Shown: one piece after another, positions 37,046 to 49,939 of the stretch | How the letters are laid out: each line of letters starts with the position of its first letter | How positions within the stretch are numbered: the first letter of the stretch is position 1 | Source of the DNA: Geosiphon pyriformis uo1 | Taxonomy: Eukaryota; Fungi; Glomeromycota | Assembly: GCA_016748015.1 (NCBI GenBank) | Contig: JAAOMT010000009.1 | Span: 1,551,924-1,615,923, forward strand | DNA: 64,000 bases | Direction: 5' to 3' | The notes under the pieces: generated by a model | Database searches by the model: none | What the model was told of the DNA's origin: nothing | What the model saw: the letters and a program-made list of their open reading frames with translations, nothing else | Program-made: the position numbers and the translations under genes

Positions 37046-40000
37046 ATGCCCCATGCAACTGAACAAAACTCCCGTTTAACTTTGACCGGTTCTGTACGTT
37101 CAGCGCAGGTCTCCCAAAATTTTACCAATTCCGCTTCCCCAACAAGGAATCAGTTGACTTCGTTGCTTCCTCGTGTTGCAACTACAAAGTAAGTAAAGAA
37201 TCTTTTTCTTTACAAAGAAGCACCTCATACTGGTGAGGTTATTTATGTTTGAATTTACCCACGTTGCTAAAAAGTGGAAACCACTGGGCATTCACAAGTC
37301 TCAATAATTCCCCTCCCCCCCCGATTGGCCAATGTTTTGATTTTTAAGTTGTTCCTCCTTTGATCAGGTTTCTGAAAATGCATTGATTCTTCTCATTGAA
37401 TTGGGTATTTGAAAAGTATCAAATGCTTTTCTTATCGACCTCGGAAATTGATAACATAATCAATTATTAATGATCTTTTTTTCCCTCGAATCATGGAATA
37501 ATCAACAGCAAATTATCGCGATCATGACCTATTTCTTTTGGCTAAAATTATTAAAATTATCTTTTTGATACCTTACATTTTGTTCATTATCAATCTCATC
37601 AATCTCATCAATCAGTCTGACGGATACACCTTTCGATTTCCCGATTGTTGAAGGTAATGAATCAGGAAGGTTCTCACCTTCAGATTTCGCCAGTCATCGG
37701 GCCTCGGAAACCAACTTCTTATCCGATTTCCACTGCTGTGAAGGGAATTTCAACAATTTCCGCTCGTTCGTCAACCATCGGCAAATCCTCCATGGTGATT
37801 ATACTGGTCAGGCGGGTGATAGCCCAATGGAAGCCTATGGGAAGAGTAAGAAAATTTCCGAGAAATTATTTATTGAACAATTAATACAACCCATTCAATT
37901 CAATTCATTGTTTTTCTGATTTTTTTCATTCACAGTTGCCGAATCGGGGTGGTCTCCAGCAAGCTCCACCGAGGGATCCAGAGCGACTAGCCCGCAACCA
38001 GACCCTAATATTTCTGACTTTGCTTTTGGTATTAACATGGCTGGTGGGCTTCCCTCAATCTCAGTCAACCTTCAGGAAATTCGAAGCTTTAATCAGCCTC
38101 GAACTGGACCTATGGTACAAATGGCCGTGCATGGCCCGCCTCCAACAGTAACAACAAACACCGGCACCCCCAGCGATGGAAGAACAAACCTGGATCCCGC
38201 AGCTGGCGCAATGACAGCTATGGTGGCTTTGGGTCAAGGAGAACCCATCAACATCGTCCTCAGGACGATCAACCCCGCAGCTTTGGAAGACTCTAGACCA
38301 GATCACCAAAAGAAAAACAATAAAAAATCCCGAGCCACTGCCAGTAATTTCTATTCGATTGCGTCCAATAATCCTGGAGCAGCTCTGAATGCTCCAGTTG
38401 AAACAGAAGGACATTTCAGCTATGAATTATTACAAAAGTTTCAACGCCAGCAAAACACAATTTCTGGCTTAGTATTTGGACGTGTTACTTCTCAGCAACC
38501 TCAGCAAGGCCCTGGTTTATTAGTTCCTAGGGAACCATCATCTAAACTGAAGTCTAAAACCGTTCTTCGGCCTCCAAGTCGGCAACGGCCAGTATCTCCT
38601 TTATCGGTCACAGCTGCAATTCCTCATCAGTCACCGTCAATTTCGGGTCAAGAAGCCTCGTTATTTGAAAGGGCAATTTCTGCGACCCTTGCTGAAGCCG
38701 AATTAGAAGGAATGTCGGCTCTTGAAGAAATTGAAAATTGTACCCAAAACGAACCCCTACTTCGGTCTCAAGGTGTTCATGTCTCACAATCTACAATTAA
38801 TCTGAACCAGTTACGATTGTCAGAATCGCAATGTGGTCAATCCCATGGTGTAAGAGCACAAATAACGAGCAACTTACACGAATCCCAAGTTGCAAATTTA
38901 GAAGAAACTCCAATTGGCTCCCAATTCCAACAAAATACGATTGACATGGCGGAATTCCAGCACCTTTCAGATTTACAAGGGACTCGATTCCAACATGATC
39001 CAAGGAATTTGTCGCGCGGTAGAATTGCCATAGAGGAGTTACAGCTTCCATCACAGTCAACGTTTGTTAATTTAGCAGAGCTAGAGCATTTTTCAGAATC
39101 GAGCAACATGACATCAACTGACTGGTTTGAATTTTCGGCGGTGGAATTACAACATAGACCAACTTTTGCAGGATTTTCGCTTCATAAGCCAAAGAATAAG
39201 CCAAAGAAAAAACGAACGGAATTACAACATCCTGCCTCAACTGCCCAATCACAGCTAGAGCCAATTACGGTAGAAATTTGTTCGGTTAAACAACCAAAGA
39301 AAAAGCGCTCGGCTTCCTTCTCTGAAAGTGTTTCTCAAGCAACTTTACCAACCGTCGATCTAGGTCAATCCGTCTTTGCTTCCTTCTTTAAGGAACTCGG
39401 AATCACGGACTCGCAGCCGATCCGATCTGAGCGTAGACGAAAACCTAATAAAAGTTCAATTCAACCCATCTCAAAAGGTGTCGGTGAGGCACACCCTACA
39501 GCATCAGTTCCTAATAACACGTTAATATCCCCATCTTTGCCAATAACACAATCAATCACTGATTGTGAGCAACCACCACAACCACCATCCGGATTCCGGC
39601 GCCACTGCTCGGCTCCGACCACCCCAACCAAAGGTATTTCATCCGATCTAATAGTCTATGGTATCGACGATGAACATTTGAATGTTACCAGGTCAGACAT
39701 TCACTCCGTAAACTCTTACGATGAAAACAAGAGAAACCGAGATGACGGCTCAGATGAAGCGGTCGCAACCCAGAAAAGGTAACATTTGTTAATATTACCA
39801 TTAAACTTAATCAAATTCTTTGAAACCTAACAAACCACTTCAGATTTACCTTTTTTCCCTTCTTTGCCAACAAAACAGGATCACCACTGATCTCTTCTGG
39901 AATAACAATGGAGGCCTGGTCTCCCTTGGAGCTCCTGGGATACCCATTCAGGCACTCGAGGCCTCAAAAAAGCGACCCGCTGAGTCGTTGGCAGTCGAAG

Positions 40001-40629
40001 GGGTCAGCAGAAAGATTTTAAAAGTAATCACATATTATTTAATTCTTGCATCATCACTTTAGTTATCCTCCTCATCTTCATTATTTGTGAGCGTTCCGCT
40101 CTAAGTAAAGGATCAATGAGTTCATCATCTTCTATCATCAATTTTTAGACTCAAGTGGGTCAGATGCCCATCACCGTCCCGGGTATGGCCGACGCCACTA
40201 CAGCCTCCATCACAACAGGTGAAGTGGCATCACCAGTTGTGAAACCATACAAGTGCTCCGTTCCCGGATGCCCAAAGGCCTATAAAAACGCCAATGGTCT
40301 AAAATATCATAACAAACACGGGCACGTCACCCAGGAGGTATTTATTTTGTTCCTCCTATTGGGCTCTGCATTTGTAAAGTACGACATCTGAAATCCACGC
40401 TATTTACTCTTACCTTCGCATAAATTAGGCTGGCGGCAGCGAACGATCCGCGGAAAAGCCGTACAAATGCAGGCACAGGGGCTGCACAAAATCATACAAG
40501 AACCAAAATGGGCTCAAATACCACATCCAACATCACCACGGTGGCGTTGAGGGACCTTCTTTTTCTGATGATGTTGTCTTTGACGCGACACCAAACGTAG
40601 CTCTCCTTCCTCTTACTCAAGGGCCCTAA
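37046..40629 (+). CDS. SFP1: Split zinc-finger transcription factor, Sfp1-like, multi-exon
   Basis: N-terminal finger ETNFLSDFHCC...H...H; C-terminal fingers KPYKCSVPGCPKAYKNANGLKYHNKHGH and KPYKCRHRGCTKSYKNQNGLKYH. Orthology versus paralogy is unresolved. Confidence 0.8.
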
Positions 40630-41883
40630 GTTAATTTTTGCAATGCCTTCACCGAAGCTGGTCTCTAGTGGAGGCCAAAATAGGGGAACCGTTGGGCTGT
40701 AAGAATAAAATCCTTTAATTAATTATTCACTTTCATTTTTCGTCTTCATTGGTTAATTCATAAAAACTTGGCCCTTTTAGGTTTAATATTTATTTTTATT
40801 TATTGGAGATTTGAAATAACCATTCGCAGGTTATTTCAATTGCAGTTAGTAGAAAAAATCATGCAAGAAAAAATTATATGCAAGAGCAGGATCGGTCATT
40901 TACACAAAATATGGACACTTTCTAAGCAAATCTCCCAAAATATGACGAATAGCGGAAACAAAAAAATTATCTATTATTTTCATGTTTTTTGTTTCTGTTA
41001 ATCCTTCCAAAAACACTTTAACACGGACGAAAATTCCAACCCTATAAACATTTCTTTCGGCATTTTAATACAAAATATACACATACGATTGGGAAATAAT
41101 CTCTCCCTCATTATAGATTAATAGAAATATAGAAAGGTAGAATAGACTTTTTCGCATTTTCGAGGATGACTATTGGATGCCGATCGCCGTTTTTCGCGTC
41201 TTCGTCATGGTCGATTAATTTTTCGCGTAGACCCTTTTATTTTTAATTCGGCATCCTGTGGTCACTTATGTAAATTTTATTGCATCATCTCACATACACG
41301 GACAATTATAAACTCACCCCAAAAGTAGCTGTAGCATTAATCTTTGAATAAAATACGGAACACAATTTTCGCTTTCAAGGGCTTGACTAAAAGAAATGAT
41401 GCCTCTTAATTCATCAGTTGTTGATGTATTAATTTATTCGCGTTGATGTTTATTTGATGAGTTTTAAAAGGGTGAGTAATCAGAGAGTCTTACTATTTCA
41501 AAAGGGCGACAATTGAGTCGTTTGAACCATCCCAAGTTCTGTGGATCCCACAATAAAATGAATGACTTGATATAACTAATAATGTTATTTTCCAATTGTA
41601 ATTGCAAGAATCACTTTCTATTCTTAATCATTAAAAGTCGGACGGAATAGTTAAATAGTTAAAAACCAGTCATCATCTCATATACTTTTTGTGCAAAGCT
41701 AAAACCTGGCTTTTTACATAATAAAAATTGAAAGCATAAATTTAATATAAATAAAAAATATTTATTATATTAAAAATTTATTATAGATTTATAATTTAAC
41801 GAACATAATTGAAACTAGTCATGATTAGTCAGAGAATTCCCTAATAAAATGAGCAAACCACATTCTTATTCCTTAGAAACGCA

Positions 41884-44559
41884 ATGATTTGTTCAACGTT
41901 GACGGTGTTCACTTTCCTTGTCATTCTGTTAATGCCCGGCTCATTTAAAGCTGTGCACTCCTCACTAAACGATCGATTCAGTGAGTCATTAACTATTAAG
42001 CCACTCTCGGACGGAAAATTATTAACACACTTCGAATTTAGCGTAACGCTTGACAAGGTTGCGGAGGAAGGCGCCTCTTGTAAGCTACTTATCACTTTAA
42101 AGGTTTATTTTGTCTACTTAACTAACCTTTTTCCTAATCACACAACTCCAAGTCAATCATTACAATCTCTTTCCTCGCGCTCTCGGTCAAATAGTTCAAA
42201 GCTATAAAGCTCGAGAACTTCACCTTACATTTACACAGGGTAGATGGGATTATGAGGAGTGGGGCTACCCCCTCTCCTCATCTGCAGGAACGGGTGTTGA
42301 ACTATGGGCTTGGCTTTGGAAAAGTGAAAGGTAGACAATTGTTTATAGTCAACCTCAAATTTTAACTTTTCTTGTTTGATTCCTACACCGAATTTTTTTA
42401 ATCAAAGGTTAAATGAAAATTGGAAATCGTTGACGAATGCCCTAGCGGGTCTCTTTTGTGCTTCTCTAAATTTTATTGATGAGACAAATACGGTTCAGCC
42501 CCAATTATCATTTCGGCCTGAAGGTCCATATAACGGTAATACCAAATCTTTTTAAACAAAAGCATCCCGGACAATCAACTTTTGAAATTTCAATTCAGAG
42601 TCACGTTTTTAAATGTTTCGAAATCACAATTTCAAAAGATATTCCCACGTTTTATCCCTCTCCACAGTCTCAGAGCTATATGAACGTGCTGAATTAAGAT
42701 CCGGAGCTTTGCCACATGAGAATGTCTGCACAGAAAATTTGACCCCATGGGTTAAACTCTTGCCGTGCAAATCAACAGTAAATTTATCAGAATCTTATTA
42801 TATTTCAGATGTTTTTTATATTCCATACAAGATTTTAACCCAGTCTCTACACACTTTGTAGGCTGGGATTGCATCTCTGTTAAATGGACATGAATTGTAC
42901 AATTCAAATTTTCATTCCATGGGTATACATGTTCGCCCAATTTGCCAGGTTGATAAAATTACGAGTATACTTTTATATAAATATACTTTGAATTAAATTT
43001 GATTCTCTCGAAAATTTTTAAGGATCCAAATTGTAAGAATCAACAGCTGGAAATATTGCAAACCCTCTCAACAGTTGTTGATCCTGTAAAGAATAATCGG
43101 GTCAGAGGTATTCCTCCTAAGTTTTTAACATCTATCTCGATCCGAAAATTCCTTCTTAATTTGTTATTCAATTATAATATGATGGTTCTAGATTGGTCAA
43201 TAAATAAACTTTATAGCCGTAAAATGGAGCGAACATGTCCTCTGGCCTCAGAAAGTAAACTACGATTAATACTTCCCCAAGAAGGTGACTACGAAATAAT
43301 CCCAGATGCTGACCATGTGATCGAGGGCCAAGAAAAAGGCCCAGACATAGCGGTATATGATCTCAAAAAAGGTGACCTTGAGCTTTTTGAACTCTTGATT
43401 CCCGAAATCTCAACTCAATTTCCTCGCTTATCTATTTTATTATATGAGTAGCGCCTATGAGCCTAAATCTATCAATGAAATGGAATGAGACTCGGTTCGA
43501 ATATGGTGAGCCTTCTGGCTTTCTATATAAAACCAATAATATTAGTAATGATTCAGTTGATGAAATTTTCATTATTTTTAGATACCCGCCCTGTTCAACC
43601 TCGTATTTTTGCTCATCGTTATTTCTCCGGTAAAAATTTATGTATACTATTGGCCAATTCTTTTCCAAAATACACTCAAGGGTACTCGTGTTTTATTGAT
43701 AGGATATGGACAAGAACGCGGTGGGGTCAAAATTAACATCTTTAACAAAAGTCCTGAAGTCGCCGTACCCATTATATATTATGATGTAATTCCTTGGTAT
43801 TTGAAATTATATCTCCATACGCTAAAAATTCAGATAAATGGAAAAACTTTAAAATCAGGCACCGCTGGTAACATCCTGAAACCATCATTAAAAGACTCAA
43901 AGCTGACTCTTAACCATGATTGTAAAATTTTATATTCTTAGATTATCCAATCAAAGATATATATTATCAACCTGCCATCGATCGTTCAAGACCAAATGTT
44001 ATCGAATCATTGCTATTATTGCCGCCCAACTCGATAGCTACCTTGTCAATTTCTTTCGACAAGGTCTTTTTGAAATACACCGAACACCCTCCAGATGCAA
44101 ATCGAGGCTTTGACATTGGATCAGCTGTGATAACAATCGGGAGTAATAAGGAAGATATTCACCGATGGGATGATGCTGCAGATATTCTTAATGAGAGGTA
44201 TGAACTAAAGAAAACTTTCCATAATAGCTTGTTTTTGTAAAATAATAATTATTATTATTATCGTATCACTCTGTTGTAGTATAAATCCCATTCGTATATA
44301 CACTGAAACCCTCCTCGTCAGTTTGCCTACCCCCGATTTCAGCATGCCTTATAATGTTATCACATTAACTTGCACAGTAATCGCTTTGTTCTTTGGTAGT
44401 ATGTTCAACTTATTGACGAGGAATTTTGTCGGATTACCGAAAAAACTAGATAAAAACCCACAAACTATTGAGGAAGAAAATTCAAATTCAAGCGCAAACA
44501 ATTCCATTATTTCCCAATTCAAACAAAAAACTGAAATTCAAGGACCATCTGTATTTTAA
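41884..44559 (+). CDS. GPI16: GPI transamidase component PIG-T/Gpi16, multi-exon
   Basis: Signal peptide, [48 protein letters not shown], and [12 protein letters not shown] followed by a TM segment. Confidence 0.96.
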
Positions 44560-44860
44560 ATGTAGCTAGTGAAGATTGAGGTTAATACTTCGTGAGTATC
44601 GACTAATTTTTTCGGATTTTACTCTGGACGAGAGGACCATTACTTTGAGCCCAATTTAGAAATTTTTTCAATCGAGAAATAAAATAAACCATTGGGAACT
44701 TTTTTATATTGTAGTGGATTGGATACAGGTCTTGGGTTCCAAGTTATCGATATCGAATAATTTAATATCATTGTTATTCATTAGACTAACTGATAAATTG
44801 TGACTATGATGTTCTTATATTAAAGATTTTCTTAGATCTTTTTCTCTTAATCCTAAAATA

Positions 44861-45899
44861 ATGACTACCTTTTCGCAGGCAGACTATAATAGTGATGATT
44901 ACAAAAATTATAGGCCAATGTAAGTATATAACAGAATATTTTTCATGTGATTAAATCGATTAAAATAACCAATTAACAAGCCTATTCCCTCATTATTTCC
45001 TTCCTTTGCCCACAGATATCACCCACGTCTCTATGAAAATCTCTATAGCTATCACCGAGAGAGATATGCCGAGGGTCGTTTCATTAGAGCTCTAGATGTT
45101 GCCACCGGTACCGGTCAAGTAGCATATGCCCTAGCGCGCACTTTCACTCACGTCGAAGCTATCGACATTTCTCCAACGATGTTAAAATCCGCAATCCAGG
45201 CCCCTAACATTACTTATTCACTCTCCAGAGCCGAAGATTTATCATTATTCCAAACATCTTCAATGGATTTGATCACGATTTCACAGGCGGCACATTGGGT
45301 CCAGATGAGACAATTTTTTATCGAAGCCAATCGAGTCTTGAAACCTGGAGGCACATTGGCTATTTGGGGTTACGCGTTTATAATTTTAAATGGGTATGAG
45401 AAAGCGACAGAGATGATTGAAAGGTATGGCAAGTCAGAAGATCAATTGGGAAGATATTGGGAAGAGGGAAGAAAATTGCTAAATGAGTTGCATAAGGATT
45501 TGAAAGTCCCCGAAACATTATTTGAGGATGTTAGGTGGGAGATGTACCCAAAGTTAAAAATTGGCAGTGGGAATCAAGGGAGTCATGTGAGCATCGCCAA
45601 AAAACCGATATTGGAAGCGGATTTCACGGTGGATCTGTTAAGACGGTATTTGAAGGTGTTTTATTTTTTTTGGAAATTGATTAGACTCCTTCAAATTCAC
45701 CGATTCCCTCTTAAGATCCTCGTATATTTTTCAGACTTGGTCTAGTTACAAGAATTTTGAAAATAAAAATCCAAAAGGGAACAACATTATCGATAAGTTA
45801 ATTGAAGAGTGCCGAAAGATTGAAGGGTGGACATCTGAAGAACAAATGCTTCATGTCAGTTGGCCTCATGTGATCATTCTTGCGAGGAATAGAAAGTAA
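44861..45899 (+). CDS. Class I SAM-dependent methyltransferase (Tmt1/Crg1-like), 3 exons
   Basis: MTTFS...YRP, ALDVATGTGQ, QAAHW, LKPGGTLAIWGY and TWSSY. Confidence 0.88.
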
Positions 45900-46138
45900 A
45901 TATAATTGACCAGCAATCTTGAATATTTAAGATGTGATTGATTATTCTATGACTATCTTAAATCGTGATCCTAATATAAGAAAATGTAGTGCTTCCTTGT
46001 AACATATATGAATGAAATAGTCAGCACTTCTATATTGTTCAAAAATTTAGATTATGCTGCACGGCTTTATTCAAGTCAAAAAAGTTGCACTAAGCTTTTA
46101 CTATACCGTAAATGTATTTTGCCATCGTGGTATGAACA

Positions 46139-47172
46139 CTACACCCCAGGTACATCATTCTTAAAAAAAGGACTTTTTTTCATACTAACAGTTCCATCTT
46201 CGTTTCCAAAATATGCGATTTTGGCCATATTAACGAACAGACCAACCTCCACTACACCTGTCAACAGTTTGATTTTGTTTAATAATTCTTTAGGCGAACT
46301 AATTAACCCAAAATGAGCATCAATAATAAAATTTCCATTGTCTGTCACAATTGGTCCGGCTTTTGCCTTGGCCATTCGCAAAGTAGGATTCTCACAGCCA
46401 AGACGCTTCAATTCAGATATTACGCGGGTATAGGCGAAGGTAACAACCTCGATAGGAACACCTTGTTTCCACTGTTCATAAAATAGAAAATAAGAGTATT
46501 TCAAAAATGGGCAAATAAAACAATCAATGCTCGCACCATTTACCTTCTCGCCCAGTAGTTCAGAATTTTTTCGATAATCAGCGATTATAATAAACTTTTT
46601 TGCTGCCTCCGCGACAACTTTTTCCTGCAAATGACATCCCCCTCCACCTTTAATTGCATTTAGATTTTTATCTACCTGCCAAGAATCGGCAAAATCGTGT
46701 CAACGGTACCCTATAAACAAAAACGAAAACAAGCAGTCTTCACCTCGTCTGCACCGTCAATGGTCACATCAATCTCGGGGTATCTTTCAAGTTGATGCTA
46801 AATTTTAAAAAGGATACAGATTAAAGGAACAACAAAAACTAACTAGACTAACTGATCAACGCTCCCCAGCCTTAAACCACCGTTAATAATCAATTGTCGA
46901 CTTTGGAAACTAGTTGGAACAAATACCATCCCTTCATTAACCTCTTTTTCACGTTGTAGTAGGTGCTCCATGGCATAGACAATCGTTGAGCCAGAGCCAA
47001 TGCCGACAACTTTGACCGACGATAGAATGTGTTCGTCAACTGCCTTGTAAGCAGCCTTGCGTTTGGCTCCTTCAATTAGTGAAGACATCACGCGGATATT
47101 CTTTGGGCTGGTGCTGCTAAAGTGCGAAAAGGTTAAGAAAGGTTTAAGGCAAAGAACAATTTTAAAACCCAT
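46139..47172 (-). CDS. RKI1: Ribose-5-phosphate isomerase A, multi-exon
   Basis: [38 protein letters not shown] and GVVEVGLF; alternative start at Met29 (47088). Confidence 0.96.
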
Positions 47173-47234
47173 AAAATTAAGTATTACAGTTAATTTCTTA
47201 TTTACAAATATAATAATAAAACTTTATATAAATA

Positions 47235-49600
47235 CAGTCAAATTGCTATGGGTTATTACAGGTTATGGGTTCTCTCAGGTTTAAGTATATATAGTATACA
47301 TATAATAAAAATAGATATAATATTATTAAAAAATAAATTTATTTGCATATTCTTATAAGAATCTTTAAATAGTTGTTTGTTTTTGTTTATCTTGCATTCT
47401 TTTATGAAGTATACATTTAACATAAGCAAGCTTACTAACTGCATCATAAAATTTCTTGCTATTTTTAAGCTCCGTAAACTGTTCAAGATTTGTAATAGCA
47501 GTTAATACTTATTACTTAGAGTTATCATGCTTTGTTTTACAATTTGTTATAATATAATTTGCAATCTCATTATTATCCAGATGTTCTAAAGTAATTGTAT
47601 TGTTTTCTTCAAATAAATTTACCAACTCTTTAATTAATAAGTATGTATGATTTGGCTGTATACAATTAAACTCTTTATAGCAATTCTTAATATTTTTTAA
47701 TATTATATTTTGATTATAATTAGCTATTATTTTCTAGTTTGCAATTTTATTCTGAAAGTTGTCATTTGTATTGATTAAAAAAATGCCAACTTTGTGTCAG
47801 CAATAAACAATTATTTTATTTGAAATATTTTTCCATGTCCTATAAATTAGACACATTGCTTAAAATTGGTTAATTATATAAATATTATTAGTATTATTAT
47901 TAAAAATATCTAATACATAATAATAAAAATAGTAACAGTAATATGTCTTAAAACAATAAATAATTCTAGTATTTTTAGACTGAATATGTGTTGTTAAGTT
48001 AGATGCAAACTGTTTTATATGAATATTTATAATAGATCTTATATTATAGTTGTGATCAACAAAATTATCTACTAATAACAATATGTTTGGTTTTTTTATG
48101 CAGTTAATAGTTCTAATTAACAAGCCATTATCAAAAAATATGATTAGTTATCAAAACATAACTGTTTAAATAATACCAAAAACTTAAAAACAACATAGAT
48201 GTTTAGTCTAACCAATAATAAATAGTAATAAATACTCAGTTTTATTAGTATTAGTTGTAAAAACAAGTGTTAATTATACTTTTAATTGTTTGGTATTATA
48301 ATATAATATTATAATAAGATCTTAATTTGGTAATATAACATAAAATAATGTAATTTTATCTATGTTAAAAATATTGCATAATATTTAATTACCAAAAAAT
48401 ATTATTATATATACTTACTTATTTTTAATATACTTAATATTAAATAATAATACATTATCATAAAAGTAAAGTAAATACAATCCAACATGGTCTTTAAAGC
48501 TTTTAAACTAACTATTAAATAATTTTTGTCACTTATTTTTTAGAATATTTAATTAATCATAGAACTTTATTCTAACAGCTCAAATTATATCTTCAATAAG
48601 TATTATTCTATGCAATTCTGTTTTTTAAACAAAAATAACAAATGCTTTATTAAAGTTAAAATTACATATTATATATATATATTTGCTAATTAAGTCATGT
48701 ATTGTATTTGCTTATAAACAAAAATTTGGTTTATCTTTGATCCAAACTGAAACTAAAGACTGTTTTATGTATAAAAAACCATTTTTTTAAAGTATTTTGC
48801 AGTTTTTGATTGGTTTTTATTATTTGTATAATATTAATTAAGCACTGTAAGCTTATTATGAAATGTAAAATTTTTATAATTTTGTAAAATATAAGCTAAA
48901 GAAATAATATGTTTTTTGTTATTAGACATAGTAAAATCAAAAAACAAATAATTAAGACTTTGATTAAATAAGACTGATCCAAAAATTCGACTTGATTACT
49001 TATATAATTAATTATAATTTAAAACTTAAAACAATTCAAAACTTTGATTTGATTATTTACACAATTAATAATAATTTAGAGCTTAAGACAATTCAAAACT
49101 TTGACTTGATTACTCATATAATTAATGATAATTTAAAACTTAAAACAATTTAAAACTTCAACTTAATTATTTATACAATTAATAATAATTTAAAACTTGA
49201 AACAAATTAAAACTTTGATTTGATTACTTATATAATTGATAATAATTTAAAACTTAGAACAATTCAAAATTTCGACTTAATTATTTATATAATTAATAAT
49301 AATTTAGAACTTGGAACAATTTGAAACTTTGACTTAATTACTTATACAATCAATAATAATTTAAAACTTGGGACAATTTGAAACTTTGATTTGATTACTC
49401 ATATAATTGATAATAATTTAAAACTTGGAACAATTTAAAACTATGACTTAATTATTTATAAGATCAGTAATAATTTAAAACTTGGAACAATTTAAAACTC
49501 TAACTTAATTACTTATACAATTGATGATAATTTAAAACTTGAAACAATTTAAAACTCTGACTTAATTACTTACATAACTAATAATTATTTTGTTGAATAA
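47235..49600 (-). mobile_element. Degenerate pogo/Tigger-like (DDE_1, CENP-B type) DNA transposon
   Basis: LLLVDNF..H...NLTTHIQ..N.RII..FK..Y motif; ATG near 48929; candidate TA|CAGT end at 47233-47238. The other terminus is not identified. Confidence 0.7.
48981..49586. repeat. 57-bp tandem repeat, about 10.5 units
   Basis: GAC/GAT-TTGATT anchors recur exactly every 57 nt from 48989 to 49559. Confidence 0.92.
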
Positions 49601-49939
49601 AAAATATTACATTATTATATAATATTTAGTCATAGAAATATTGGTTTTTTTTACTGCAATTTTACCAAAATTAGCAAAATTTAAATTAAATCTAACATAC
49701 TAACAGTAAAAAGTTATGAATTATTGAATATTACAAATATGAATTATAAATATAAAAATTTTTTAACTATAAAATTAGTAAATTTAAAATATTATGACTT
49801 ATTACAAATTATAAATTATCTTAATATAAGTTATTTTAAGTTTAATTGTATTAATTGTTTTAATATTATCTAACTTAAAAAAGTTATTAAATTAATATAT
49901 AAAATAAAAGAATTTAAAATTAATAATATTAAACTATAA

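Noticed and set aside
43858-43940. GC-AG intron in GPI16
   Set aside because: A canonical GT donor 9 nt downstream (GCTG|GTAAC) gives the same phase.
29000-47172. Gene island as a functional cluster or bacterial HGT
   Set aside because: The genes have unrelated housekeeping functions, all carry spliceosomal introns, and all look like typical eukaryotic orthologues.
48981-49586. CRISPR-like array
   Set aside because: Units are contiguous with no unique spacers, there are no cas genes, and the context is eukaryotic.
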